This document shows, piece by piece, positions 54,636-64,000 of a stretch of DNA of 64,000 nt (position 1 is its first letter; every line of letters starts with the position of its first letter). The position numbers were made by a program, and so were the translations under genes. The notes under the pieces are model-generated. The model saw only the letters and a list, made by a program, of their open reading frames with translations, was not told the DNA's origin and searched no databases. Origin of the DNA: a virus; IMG/VR virus record IMGVR_UViG_3300031910_000005, positions 211 through 64,210 of that record. One strand, given 5' to 3'.

Positions 54636-55097
54636 TCAGCCGTGAATGTGTGCGTCGCGCATCTCGTTGCGGAGACGCGGGTTACCGTCCATCTCCTTGC
54701 GGACGGTGGCGCCGAGCGAGATCAGCATGTCCTTCTTCGCGATGATGGAGTCGACGACGCCGCGCGACTTCAGGCGCTCGACCTCTGCGTCGATCTTCGC
54801 GATGCGTGCTGCGATGTACTTCTGGTCGGTCTGCACGCGCTCCTTCACCGCACCCTCGGTGACCTTGCTGCCCTCGTCGGCGAGGCGCTCGCGCCACTCG
54901 ATGTGGAGCGCCGCTTCGGTGCGATCGAGTTCGAGGTCCGCTTCGAGGTAGTTCTCGTGCGCGAGGGCGTACTTCGCGTTCCAGTGCGCGAGATCGGCCG
55001 AGAGCCGCACGAACTCCTCGTGCAGGTTCGTCGGGTCGATGTGCGTTGCGCGGGTGCTGTACTCGTCGGGTTCGATGTCGTTGGTGTCCATGTTCAT
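54636..55097 (-). CDS. UvsY-like recombination mediator
   Basis: 153 aa coiled coil; VTEGAVKERVQTD..Y; next to SSB and RecA. Confidence 0.65.
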   Translation of the reverse strand: MNMDTNDIEPDEYSTRATHIDPTNLHEEFVRLSADLAHWNAKYALAHENYLEADLELDRTEAALHIEWRERLADEGSKVTEGAVKERVQTDQKYIAARIAKIDAEVERLKSRGVVDSIIAKKDMLISLGATVRKEMDGNPRLRNEMRDAHIHG

Positions 55098-55137
55098 CCT
55101 CGTGTGAGTAGGTTGTGCGGTTGGAGTTGAATTCTGC

Positions 55138-58100
55138 TCAGTCCTTCACTTCGATCATCGAGCCCCAGGAACGACCGTACTTGAAGTCGACCTTCAGCGG
55201 TACGCCGCCTGAGTACCAGCCGGACATTACCTGTCCCATGATCGCGATGGACTCGGCGACCTGATCGTCGCGAACCTTGGCCATGATGGAGTCGTGCACC
55301 GTCAGCACCACTGTCGCGTCCAGTCCTTCGTCGTCGAAGCGCTGCTGGATCGGGTCGAGCGAGCGCGTTGCGTAGTGCGCCGCAGTGCCCTGCACGGGGG
55401 TGTTCCCGGTGATGAACACGTGGCCTGAACGGCGCACCACGAAGAACGTGTTTGGCACAATCGGACACCACACTGATGCCTTTGCACGGTACGAGCGCCA
55501 GTGATGCCACATCACCTGTGCCTTGTCGCGCTTGAGCACGGTGACCGCCCACACGCCTGTCATGCGCGGCACATTGCGTAGGTGGCGCGACTTCGGCTTG
55601 TACTTCGACATGTCGCGCCACTTGAGTGAGGACGCCTTACCAGCAGCAACACACAACGCTTGAAAGGCGTCCGCAGTCGCTTCCGACCGCGTTATAAACA
55701 CAAGCTTGCCGCCGCTACGGCTGCCATCACCGTCTATCATTGTGTCAAGGAGCAACTGGGCCTGCGCACCGTCCAATGACGCGACGAACTCGTGCGTGAG
55801 TTCTCGTGTTGGAAACAAGCGCACAAGGTCCTGCTCACGCCAATCCCAGTGCACGAGCTGATCGCGTTGAACGACGCGGCGCGTTGCGATTGGGCGTTCA
55901 CGTTGTAGCAGCGCGTCGATGCGCGCGACCTTCTGCGGATTCGCACGTGCGCTCTGGCACAAACCGACAGCGCGACCTGGCTTCGGTTGTGGGCCACGTA
56001 AGCCCTTACGCCCTGTCACGCGCCGAGTTTGTTTGATGTACCCATCGGTGAGGAACCATCCGGCCAACTCAACAAAGTCATTCCCATATGTAGCCGTGTT
56101 CGACCACAGACCTGTGCGGTGGATACGGTCGTCGCCGTGCTTTGAAATAGTTGCCGACGTGCGCACAACGTTGGCGCGTAGGGACTTGTTGAATGTGAGC
56201 CAGCGGTGATCCGGTGTCGTCACTGCGTGAAACGATGCGGATCGAAACTCGTACAAGTCGCCCACATAGTCAGGCCACAACTTGAGATCCGTCGGTAGCT
56301 GCCACTCCAACACCCCTGTCGCTGGGTTCTTCGTAAGTAGCTCGTCCTGCATTGTAAGCTCGAACCCCCGCACCCACCCACGACGAGTCAGCGCCTCGGT
56401 TTCGTCGTCTAGGCAGTTCCACGCCGCGTTGCTCGCGTTGCGCAGACGCCCGCGCGATTCGTCCGCGCCGCTCTCACCGATCATCGGAAGCGGACGCCAG
56501 TTCGCAGGCTGTCCGTCGAGGTAGACGAACACGCCGCCGTGCTTGCGTGCTGCGGCGACGGTGTTGTCGATCGTCTGCTTCAGCTTGCGGAACTTGCCGA
56601 AGACGAGCGCGACGAACTTCTCCGCATCGCGCGTCGGGATGCCGAGCGTCTTGCCGAGCTTGAACGCAGGCTCCAGGTCGTAGTTGACCTGGAAGTTCAT
56701 CGACTTCGCAGCGCGTCGATACTGCTTCTTGAGCTCCGGTGTGAGGGCGTCCCAGTCCGTCACGTTCCACGCGACCGGCGCGACGAGCTGCGCAGTGCGT
56801 TCGTGGAAGTCGTGCCCGGAGAGGAACATCTCGATCATCACCGGGTCCTGCGAGAGCATCGCAGCGATGCGAAGTTCGAGCTGCGAGTAGTCCGCTTCGA
56901 CCAGCATGTAGCCGGGCGGTGCGATGAAGATGTCGCGGCTCATCTTCCCGAGCACCGGATCGCGGTCCGGCGAGGGGATGTTCTGCAGGTTCGGGTTCTT
57001 CGACGACATGCGGCCGGTGTTATGGGTGACGACCCCGCCGGTCACGTGACTGTGGTCGATGTCGACAGTCGCGCCGTAGGTGGGCTCCGCCGCTTCACGT
57101 TGGACGCTGACGACACTGACTTCGAAGAAGTCTGCACGCGCACCGACGATGTGCTCTTCCGACTGCCAGCGCTTCCCGCTGCGGATGTCACGGATCGTTT
57201 CACGGGCAACGCCATACTTCTGAGCGAGCTTGCTGTCCGACACACCTATCTTGGACCAGCGGCCACCGCCACCAGCGGTAGGGCGCGACGTCGCGCGAAT
57301 CTCAGCAACGATCTCCTCCGAGAGCTTCAGTTGCGGGTGTCGCATTCGGCGCTTCGAGAGCGTGCCGTGCCGCGATGCGTCTCGGTGGTTCTCGGAACTC
57401 GTGCCGTACTTCAGGTTCCCGGCAGTGTTATCCCACGCAATGCCGTTCATGTGACGAACGTGCACCTGCTTCTTCCCGATGCAAAACGCGCCGGCCACGA
57501 GACGATGGACACCAAAGTCCTTCCGATCACCAGTACCGCGCGTCTGCGCACCGTTTCGGTGCAGGCACACCTTCAAGTGCCCCCATCTCCCCTTCGGCTG
57601 GAGAGCGAGAACGTTCCCCGTGCGCTTGTTCCGCACGCGCCCCCAGGACGATACCTCGAATGCGGTCCAGCCCTTCACATGGCGCCACTGCTCGGGAAGT
57701 GAATGCGCGAGAACGAGCTCACCCTTCACGAGTGCGTCGGCGCGCTTCCACTCACCATCAGGGCGCAGGTACTTGTGGTCTGCCGTCGTGCGCAGCTCGA
57801 GCCCGTTGCTGAGTGTTACGCGGTAGATCTCGCTTGGCGCGTTCACACACGTCGCAATCACAAGCCGTGGCACGCCTGTGTGCGCAATGACCTGATCGCC
57901 AACACGCACCTTCTCGGCTGGGATGTACCCGCGATTTGTGAGCACGAGTTCGCCTGCTGGAAGGCACCCTGCACCGTCGAGGAGGAACGTCGTGTGGATG
58001 CGGCCGTCGTCGCGGATGTACGCACGCGCTCCGCGCCCGTTCGTGCTCTGCACCTTCACCAGGTGTCGGTACTCGAGCAGCGAGGCGATGATCGGATGCT

Positions 58101-59694
58101 GCCCTTCGAGCTCATGCAGCACCTCCGCGTCCGTGCTGTTGCCGTCGATGCGGGGCAGGCGCAGCTTGCCGAAGAGCAGCTCGCTGAGCTGCTTCGGTGA
58201 GTCGTAGTTGATGTCGCCGTACACCTTGAGTTGTGCTTCGAGCGGCTGGATCTTGGAGTCCAGGTACTGCTCGAACATATCGAGCGCGATGCGGTCCACG
58301 TGCACGCCTTCGCGCTCGATCCGAACGAGCGCCTGCATCGCAGGGAGCGTCACCTTCTCCCAGACGTTCACGAGGTTCTTCTTCGCCATCAGTCGCGGGG
58401 TGTACTGGGCGTCGAGCAGATCCGTCGAAGCCGCGTCGCGCGCGTTGTACCGAACGCGCACGGTCGGATTCATGAAGCGGTATGCGTACTGGATCGTCTT
58501 CGCGCGTCCAGCACGGAGCTTCTGCAACACCTCTTCGGGGACGTGCTCGCGCTGGACGTACTTGGGCTCGTAGGGCTTGCGCGGCTTGCCCGACTTCAGC
58601 GGCTTCTGCAGCGGTTCGCCGGCGAGCTTCGCGAGGTCCTTCTTGATGAGCTCGAGCGCGTCCTGCGCTTCGCCTTTGTGCCCACCCATGCCGACGGTCT
58701 CGGCTGCGTTCTCCAGGTCCGCACCGACCTCGCCGTCGAGCAGCTTGCGGGACAGGCGCGTGTCGCGCTTCATGCGGCGCGACGTGTCGATGCCGAACTC
58801 GAGCAGCACGGCGATCGTGTCGTACTTCAGGTTGTGCCCGACGGTGTCGACGTTCTCGAGAATCGAGACAAGCACCTTGCGGTGCTTCGGGTTCTCGATC
58901 GCGTCGCGGTCCCAGGTGAAGCCGTGGTCGCTGCCCGCTGCCCACAGCGTGATCGTCTCGATGCGGAAGTCTTTGTCGAACACCACGCCCGAGGTCTCAG
59001 TGTCGTAGATGACCTCGCCTCGCAGCTCCGCCATCGCTGCCGCTGCCGTCGCACCGTCGTGCACCGTCACCGTGTAGCGCCCGACCATCGTCGGCTCCGG
59101 GACAGGCGCAGTCAGTGCCCACGCGAGATCGTCCTCGAACTGCTTCGCGATGAAGCGGTTGGTCAGCGCGAACTTCGGCAGCGGCATCACGTACACAGGA
59201 ACGAACGACTCCGGGTCCGGGTACGTCTCCTCGTCGATCCACCATCCGTAGCCGCGCCGCAGCTCGTGCACAGGCGGACGACGACCGAGGATGGACTCCG
59301 CTGCGTCCGGCCCGACTGCGATGATGCGCGTCGGTCGAACCTCGCGCAGAAGCTGTGCGGTGTACGGCCGGCACGCATCAATGTGCGACTGCTCGGTGAG
59401 CGAGCCTGGACACCGGACCGCGTTGTCGTACGCGATGGCGTGCTTCCAGTGCTTCGTGATCCGGCTGCGGAGATACTTCCCCATCTGGCTCGTGAAGGGC
59501 CGTCCGATGTTGTCGTCGTCGCGCGTCGCGGCGCCGAACAGCACGTAGAGCCCGCCGGGCTTGCCCTCCGCCTGCAGACAGACGTTGCGAGTGCCTTCGT
59601 GCCGCTCGCACCGCGTGCAGGACGAGTCGCGAGCGCGCTCGGTCTCCCAGCCGACGACCGCCTGGGGAGCTTGCGGATAGAGCGGCAGTCTCAC
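55138..59694 (-). CDS. polA: Family A DNA polymerase with N-terminal UDG-like domain and 3'-5' exonuclease, two inteins
   Basis: CTRC..., YDTETSG, HNLKYD, TGRMSS.NPNLQNIP, ADYSQLELR, VHDS; GTG start at 59694 preferred. Confidence 0.92.
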   Translation of the reverse strand: MRLPLYPQAPQAVVGWETERARDSSCTRCERHEGTRNVCLQAEGKPGGLYVLFGAATRDDDNIGRPFTSQMGKYLRSRITKHWKHAIAYDNAVRCPGSLTEQSHIDACRPYTAQLLREVRPTRIIAVGPDAAESILGRRPPVHELRRGYGWWIDEETYPDPESFVPVYVMPLPKFALTNRFIAKQFEDDLAWALTAPVPEPTMVGRYTVTVHDGATAAAAMAELRGEVIYDTETSGVVFDKDFRIETITLWAAGSDHGFTWDRDAIENPKHRKVLVSILENVDTVGHNLKYDTIAVLLEFGIDTSRRMKRDTRLSRKLLDGEVGADLENAAETVGMGGHKGEAQDALELIKKDLAKLAGEPLQKPLKSGKPRKPYEPKYVQREHVPEEVLQKLRAGRAKTIQYAYRFMNPTVRVRYNARDAASTDLLDAQYTPRLMAKKNLVNVWEKVTLPAMQALVRIEREGVHVDRIALDMFEQYLDSKIQPLEAQLKVYGDINYDSPKQLSELLFGKLRLPRIDGNSTDAEVLHELEGQHPIIASLLEYRHLVKVQSTNGRGARAYIRDDGRIHTTFLLDGAGCLPAGELVLTNRGYIPAEKVRVGDQVIAHTGVPRLVIATCVNAPSEIYRVTLSNGLELRTTADHKYLRPDGEWKRADALVKGELVLAHSLPEQWRHVKGWTAFEVSSWGRVRNKRTGNVLALQPKGRWGHLKVCLHRNGAQTRGTGDRKDFGVHRLVAGAFCIGKKQVHVRHMNGIAWDNTAGNLKYGTSSENHRDASRHGTLSKRRMRHPQLKLSEEIVAEIRATSRPTAGGGGRWSKIGVSDSKLAQKYGVARETIRDIRSGKRWQSEEHIVGARADFFEVSVVSVQREAAEPTYGATVDIDHSHVTGGVVTHNTGRMSSKNPNLQNIPSPDRDPVLGKMSRDIFIAPPGYMLVEADYSQLELRIAAMLSQDPVMIEMFLSGHDFHERTAQLVAPVAWNVTDWDALTPELKKQYRRAAKSMNFQVNYDLEPAFKLGKTLGIPTRDAEKFVALVFGKFRKLKQTIDNTVAAARKHGGVFVYLDGQPANWRPLPMIGESGADESRGRLRNASNAAWNCLDDETEALTRRGWVRGFELTMQDELLTKNPATGVLEWQLPTDLKLWPDYVGDLYEFRSASFHAVTTPDHRWLTFNKSLRANVVRTSATISKHGDDRIHRTGLWSNTATYGNDFVELAGWFLTDGYIKQTRRVTGRKGLRGPQPKPGRAVGLCQSARANPQKVARIDALLQRERPIATRRVVQRDQLVHWDWREQDLVRLFPTRELTHEFVASLDGAQAQLLLDTMIDGDGSRSGGKLVFITRSEATADAFQALCVAAGKASSLKWRDMSKYKPKSRHLRNVPRMTGVWAVTVLKRDKAQVMWHHWRSYRAKASVWCPIVPNTFFVVRRSGHVFITGNTPVQGTAAHYATRSLDPIQQRFDDEGLDATVVLTVHDSIMAKVRDDQVAESIAIMGQVMSGWYSGGVPLKVDFKYGRSWGSMIEVKD
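55402..56415 (-). mobile_element. Intein 2 in PolA (338 aa, LAGLIDADG-type)
   Basis: N|CLDDETEALTRRG...VFITGN|TPVQG; LAGWFLTDG and LLDTMIDGDGS. Confidence 0.9.
57019..57966 (-). mobile_element. Intein 1 in PolA (316 aa) carrying an HNH endonuclease
   Basis: G|CLPAGELVLTNRG...VVTHN|TGRM; internal EVSSWGRVRN...HRLVAGAF...HMNGIAWDNTAGNL. Confidence 0.9.
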
Positions 59695-59783
59695 TTCTTC
59701 CCTCCACCGAAGAAGCCGAGAATCACGATCCCGGCAACCAGCACCACTACGATCCCCAGGCTTGCATCTGGCCACGTCAGCAT
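59691..59783 (-). CDS. Small membrane peptide
   Basis: 30 aa MLTWPDASLGIVVVLVAGIVILGFFGGGKK with RBS GGAGGTG. Confidence 0.5.
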   Translation of the reverse strand: MLTWPDASLGIVVVLVAGIVILGFFGGGKK

Positions 59784-59948
59784 CACTCACCTCCACAAAC
59801 TGTCGGCGGCGCCGCACGGAGTCGCACCGTGCGCATCGACAGAGGTCCACCCGTTCGTCGCACCGGATTGCGACGATGTAACGAAACGGCACTGTCGATC
59901 ATGCTCTGCGCCATCAGTCCCGAATTGGCTGCTCGGAACCAGCAGGTG

Positions 59949-60512
59949 CTACTCGATCGCGAGCAGACCGCACGCGCGGGTCACACGATCGACCATCACA
60001 TCCTTGAGGCGTTCGAGCGCAGGGACCTGCGCCTGGTGCTCGGTGCACCACGCGATGATCTGATCCTTCGTTGCGAGCCCGAGCTTCTGCTGCAACGCCT
60101 GCACGACCTCGCGGAGCTTCTCCGCAGCGAGCACTTCGGCGGGAATGTCACCGCCGCCTTCCTCCTCGTCCGCGGGTGCGTCGAGGTCCTCGTCCTCGGC
60201 AGCCGGGGGCGGCGCTGCCGGGGCAGGCTTCGGAGCGGGTGCGGTCTTCTCCTTCTTCGCTGCCGGAGCCGCTGCGGGCGCAGCCGCGGCGGGCTTCAGT
60301 GCCGGTGCAGCCGGCGCAGCGGCTGCCGGTTTCGCTGCCGCAGGTGCAGCGGTCGGGGCCGGGGCTGCCGCGCTCACCGCGCTCACCGCGCGCAGGATCT
60401 CTCCCATCACGATGCGCTTCAGCAGCTCCTGGATCTCGGCCTCTTCGGCTTCGATCACGAACGCTGCGGTCTTGGAGTTCTGGGTCTGGAACTGAATCAG
60501 CTTGATCGACAT
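59949..60512 (-). CDS. Hypothetical protein with Ala/Pro/Lys linker
   Basis: 187 aa; RBS AGGAG; 9-bp hairpin CCGCGTGCT/AGCACGCGG upstream. Confidence 0.7.
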   Translation of the reverse strand: MSIKLIQFQTQNSKTAAFVIEAEEAEIQELLKRIVMGEILRAVSAVSAAAPAPTAAPAAAKPAAAAPAAPALKPAAAAPAAAPAAKKEKTAPAPKPAPAAPPPAAEDEDLDAPADEEEGGGDIPAEVLAAEKLREVVQALQQKLGLATKDQIIAWCTEHQAQVPALERLKDVMVDRVTRACGLLAIE

Positions 60513-60588
60513 TGTCTCTGCTCCTGTTGTCCGCGTGCTGCACTTCGAGCACGCGGGGTCCTCGTTACGTTGTGCGCTGGCTACGGAA

Positions 60589-60888
60589 TTACACCCGCGT
60601 GCGGATCTCGAAGAACCCAGCCAGGTCGGGTTCGTTCGCCATGAGCTGTCGTGCGTACCAGCTCGTGTAGTGGTCGTTCAACTTGAAGTCGGCCCCGCTG
60701 GGATCGGTGGTGGCGAGCATGAACTCCCACCGCATCACTTCCCACAGCATGCGGATGCCGCACTTCGGCTGCCCCTTGTGCAACGCCTGCCGCGCGAGAC
60801 GGCGAAGCGTGGTGTAGACTATCGGGTTCGCTGCGTAGAACGCGGCAGCGGCTGCGTAGAACGCGGCAGCGGCTGCGTCGTGATTCAC
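60589..60888 (-). CDS. Conserved phage hypothetical protein
   Basis: FYAANP..Y...IRMLWEVMRW...FKLNDHYTSWYAR pattern. Confidence 0.7.
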   Translation of the reverse strand: MNHDAAAAAFYAAAAAFYAANPIVYTTLRRLARQALHKGQPKCGIRMLWEVMRWEFMLATTDPSGADFKLNDHYTSWYARQLMANEPDLAGFFEIRTRV

Positions 60889-61271
60889 AGGAGTCCGTGC
60901 TCCGAGAGCATCGCCTTCACCGCGGATCCGAGCTGCGGAGCAGCGCGTGCGATGATGTCGACGTTGTGGCTCAGGCGCTCGAGCACGCGAGCTGCGACAT
61001 TCTTCTCGAGCACTGCGATCGCGTGATCGGGGCTCTTGATGCTGTGCCCGTCGACGACGCCCGAGCTCAGCGTAATCACGGCGACGAACTGCCAGTGGCT
61101 GTTCAGGTGAACGGTGAAGTTACGCGGGAGCAGTCCGACTGCGTCGAGGTCCTTCAGCATCTTCTTCACGCGCGGTTTGAAGCGCGCGGCGAAGCTCTCC
61201 CCTTTCTCAGTGCCGTTGGTGTAGACGCGCGGCTTCTTGCCGACAGGCTTCTTCGTTGCAGGCTTCTTCAT
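60885..61271 (-). CDS. Hypothetical protein
   Basis: 128 aa from MKKPATKK with RBS GGAGGAG. Confidence 0.65.
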   Translation of the reverse strand: MKKPATKKPVGKKPRVYTNGTEKGESFAARFKPRVKKMLKDLDAVGLLPRNFTVHLNSHWQFVAVITLSSGVVDGHSIKSPDHAIAVLEKNVAARVLERLSHNVDIIARAAPQLGSAVKAMLSEHGLL

Positions 61272-62134
61272 AGTGGCTCCTCCAGTGATAGACGGGCTGC
61301 ACCTCGCAGCCACGCCGTTGGTACTTCGTCCGGGTCCTTCTTCGGCGGGAGTCTCACCCACCCTGCTGTTCGTCCGAACAGCCGAAGCTCCATGCAGAGC
61401 GCGTGTGCCTCGCGCCATGCGTCACCATCGAGCACGAGCACCACCGGGCGCTGCGCTCGCATGAGCGATTCCTTCTGCGTGTGACTCGGCTTGCCGAGCA
61501 CCGCCACCGCGTCAGGCCAGTAGGGAACAGTGTCGAGCACGCCCTCGACTACGAGCACAGGTTCCTCGGTGCGTTCCCACAGTGCGCTCTCGTTGAACAG
61601 GTGCTCGCGCGACATACCCCGCGGGTACAGGTAGGGCTTCTGCGCTCGCCCCGTCCAATCGCGCGCGACGTACCCGACCCAGTCGCGTTCGTCGTTGAGC
61701 ATCGGAATGATGATGCGCCCTGCGTAGTACCCATCGAGCACAGCACCGACGCCCATCTCGCGGCACATCGCCTCGTCCAGCCCTCGCTTGCGTGCGTACG
61801 CACGCGCGTCCTCGAGCGACTCTGCACTCAGCCCTGGCTCGTGCCCGAGCGGGATGAAGCCGTCTGGCGGCTCCGTGACCTCGATCGTTTGCTCGACGGA
61901 CACGTCGGCGTACGGATCAGGGGCTTCGCGCAGTCGTCCGCCGTGCTCGCAGCGGTGGCAGTAGTAGAGCCCTGTGCCCGAGGCGACGGACATCGAGTAG
62001 TCCGGGCGTCCTGTCTTCGAGCTCGTGCAGAACGGGCAGACGATGCGGTACTTGCCGCCCTCCCGTTTCGCAGTGGAGCGGAAGCTCTCCTCGACTGCAT
62101 CGCGTTGCGCTCGCCAGTCCATCTCACGGGACAT
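61268..62134 (-). CDS. DNA primase (Zn finger plus Toprim)
   Basis: CPFC...YYCHRC; VLVVEGVLD; VLDGD; KDPDE. Confidence 0.88.
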   Translation of the reverse strand: MSREMDWRAQRDAVEESFRSTAKREGGKYRIVCPFCTSSKTGRPDYSMSVASGTGLYYCHRCEHGGRLREAPDPYADVSVEQTIEVTEPPDGFIPLGHEPGLSAESLEDARAYARKRGLDEAMCREMGVGAVLDGYYAGRIIIPMLNDERDWVGYVARDWTGRAQKPYLYPRGMSREHLFNESALWERTEEPVLVVEGVLDTVPYWPDAVAVLGKPSHTQKESLMRAQRPVVLVLDGDAWREAHALCMELRLFGRTAGWVRLPPKKDPDEVPTAWLRGAARLSLEEPL

Positions 62135-62573
62135 GCTTCCACTGCCTCCGATCCACGATGTTCCGCACCTGCTGCTCCGTCAGTCCGTACCGCTCTGCCA
62201 GCGCACGCACGCCGTGCCCTGCGCGGGCCATCATGCGAATCACGATCACGTCGTTCTCAGTCAGCTTCGACTGCGGGATCGCCTCGCCCTTCGTCTGCCG
62301 TTGCTTCGCGACCTTGTCGGCGACGTTGGTGCCGTGCGTCCCTGGGATGAAGTGCGAGAAGCGCACGCACGAGGGAGTGTCGCAGCGGTGCTGGATCACG
62401 ATGCCGTTCGGCGGGGAGCTCCCCGTCTCGAGCTCCCAGGCGACGTGGTGTGCGCGCTGCGTCCTGCCGTTCCAGTGCAGCAAGCCGTACCCGTCGCGGT
62501 CCTTCGCGCGCGTCCACAGCCAGCAGCCGTCGCCGGGCTGCTTCTGCACGTTCGACCAGAAGCGCGTGCTCAT
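62124..62573 (-). CDS. HNH homing endonuclease
   Basis: RFWSNV...CWLWT...GYG...AHHVAW...HRCDTPSCV. Confidence 0.9.
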   Translation of the reverse strand: MSTRFWSNVQKQPGDGCWLWTRAKDRDGYGLLHWNGRTQRAHHVAWELETGSSPPNGIVIQHRCDTPSCVRFSHFIPGTHGTNVADKVAKQRQTKGEAIPQSKLTENDVIVIRMMARAGHGVRALAERYGLTEQQVRNIVDRRQWKHVP

Positions 62574-63886
62574 CACTCCACTCGCGGGACGAAGCGCGCG
62601 CACGCGAACTCGTGCACGAGCGGGCCGACGCTGAACTTGTCCTCGCCGTAGCGGAATCCGGCGACGAACATCTCGACCTCCTGCTCGCTCGGTCGGATGC
62701 ACGTGATGATGAGATCTGCGATGCGGCCCTTCTTCATCGAGTCCGCGATGTCGTCGATCTCCAGTCGCTTCGTGCGCGTCTGCACGTCGCGGCGTTTGGG
62801 CTGTGCTGCGGTCCAGCCGTAGATGCTGCGACCGTGCACGTAGAGACGCACGTCGCGCATCGCCTGCCCTTGCACCTCGTACTCGCTGCGCAGCGTCTTG
62901 TTCGTCACGCCCATCTCGTCGACGTAGTCGATGATGAGCGCGTCGATCTTGCGCCCCTCCTCTGCCTCGATCTCCTTCACCCAGTCCGCGATGTCCTCCA
63001 TCGTCGTGATCTTCGCGGGGTAGAACTTCACGCGGAACACGCCGAGCGTGGGCAGCTTCTCGTTCAGGCGGCGCTCGACCTCAGCGCGGTTGGTCACGTC
63101 GGCGATTGCGTCGATCGGCATGCCGGTGAGGTTCGCGATCAGTCGCGCCTGCTGATCCTCTTCGCTCAGCTCCAGCGTCACCATCGCGACGAACATGCCC
63201 TGCTCGAGCGCGCACGCAGACACGTTGATGAGCCACTGAGACTTGCCCGCCTTCGCAGGTGCAACGAACAGCCCTGTGCACCCGCGGGGCAGCCCGCCGC
63301 CGAGCCGCACGTCCAGCTCCAGCACGCCTGTGCCGAGCCGGTCTGCCTGTCGCATCGCTGCGATGTTGTCGAGCACGCCGACGCCGAGCTTCGATCCGAT
63401 GCTCTTGTCGATCACACCGATGGCGCGCGACTGCTGGATCATCTTCTCGACTGCGTCGAAGCCCTCGCCCTTCTTGTACGCTTCGATCGCCGCGAGCGCT
63501 GTCTCGCCGTGCAGCAACCGCGTCATCACGGGGACGACCTCGGCAGCGACCTCGCGCTCGTCCGGGAGGCTGTCGGCGTGATCGTCGATCATGTCAATGA
63601 CGTCGTTCAGCTCCTCCTGCGTCTGCCTGCCCTCAGTGACCCAGCGTCGGATGCGCTGCACGACAACGAGGGGTGAGGATGCGCCGCGTCCTGTGTCCTT
63701 CGCGTGCGCCTGCGCAGCACACAACGCGAGGGCAGCGGGTGCGACCGCGAGTCGCTCCGCTTGCATCGCGTGGCCGACGGTGCCGTAGAACGTCGGACGA
63801 CAGCACGCCATCGTCGCCACCATGCGCTCGAAGGACGGGTCGAGCCCGTACATCTCGATCGGCTTCTTCGCTGGGCTACCGGCCAC
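62573..63886 (-). CDS. DnaB-like replicative helicase
   Basis: FVAPAKAGKS, TLELS, IIDYVDEM, TAAQ motifs. Confidence 0.9.
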   Translation of the reverse strand: MAGSPAKKPIEMYGLDPSFERMVATMACCRPTFYGTVGHAMQAERLAVAPAALALCAAQAHAKDTGRGASSPLVVVQRIRRWVTEGRQTQEELNDVIDMIDDHADSLPDEREVAAEVVPVMTRLLHGETALAAIEAYKKGEGFDAVEKMIQQSRAIGVIDKSIGSKLGVGVLDNIAAMRQADRLGTGVLELDVRLGGGLPRGCTGLFVAPAKAGKSQWLINVSACALEQGMFVAMVTLELSEEDQQARLIANLTGMPIDAIADVTNRAEVERRLNEKLPTLGVFRVKFYPAKITTMEDIADWVKEIEAEEGRKIDALIIDYVDEMGVTNKTLRSEYEVQGQAMRDVRLYVHGRSIYGWTAAQPKRRDVQTRTKRLEIDDIADSMKKGRIADLIITCIRPSEQEVEMFVAGFRYGEDKFSVGPLVHEFACARFVPRVE

Positions 63887-64000
63887 TGGTCACCTCCGTG
63901 CCACGGGTCTGTTCGAGTTCGCGACGGCTGTGCGGCCACCGCTTCTTCGCGAGGAAGAACTGGCGCTCGGCAGCCGTCGACTTCTTACACCGCTTCGTGT

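Noticed and set aside
59695-59892. N-terminal extension of PolA in the ORF track
   Set aside because: Overlaps a 30-aa membrane peptide with a good RBS; GTG 59694 overlapping its stop is the more plausible start
60831-60878. 21-bp tandem duplication
   Set aside because: In-frame coding duplication (AAAAFYA twice); only two copies, not an array
1-64000. CRISPR array, DGR/reverse transcriptase, integrase, lysis cassette, queC
   Set aside because: No spacer-repeat arrays or diagnostic motifs seen; the window covers only part of the genome, so absence is limited to this window
63883-64000. Partial ORF at right edge
   Set aside because: Too short to assign frame or function

Overview
The window is a 64-kb slice of a visibly high-GC dsDNA tailed phage with a contractile tail (myovirus-like). 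Almost all genes are on the minus strand. In transcription order (right to left) it carries: (1) a replication/recombination module (DnaB-like helicase, primase, UDG-like/PolA fusion with two inteins, UvsY-like, SSB, RecA, Mre11/Rad50-like pair); (2) a 7-deazaguanine DNA-modification cluster (FolE, QueD, QueE, second QueD-like T-fold protein, TGT/DpdA-like, ParB-like, plus radical SAM/SPASM, glycosyltransferase and kinase-nucleotidyltransferase, with no QueC in the window); (3) packaging and head genes (TerS candidate, TerL, portal, gpF-like, scaffold, major capsid); (4) neck, sheath, tube, chaperone, tape measure, baseplate and a truncated fibre gene. No integrase, lysis cassette, CRISPR array or RT was seen. 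The most notable unexplained features are an approximately 480-nt highly structured RNA-like region overlapping the 3' end of an HNH gene behind the capsid gene, a 99-nt tmRNA/tRNA-Ala-like mimic with no tag reading frame upstream of recA, the atypical deazaguanine cluster, an array of four small paralog-like proteins, and an HNH-type intein. All product calls come from motif recognition by eye; no database searches or folding programs were run.
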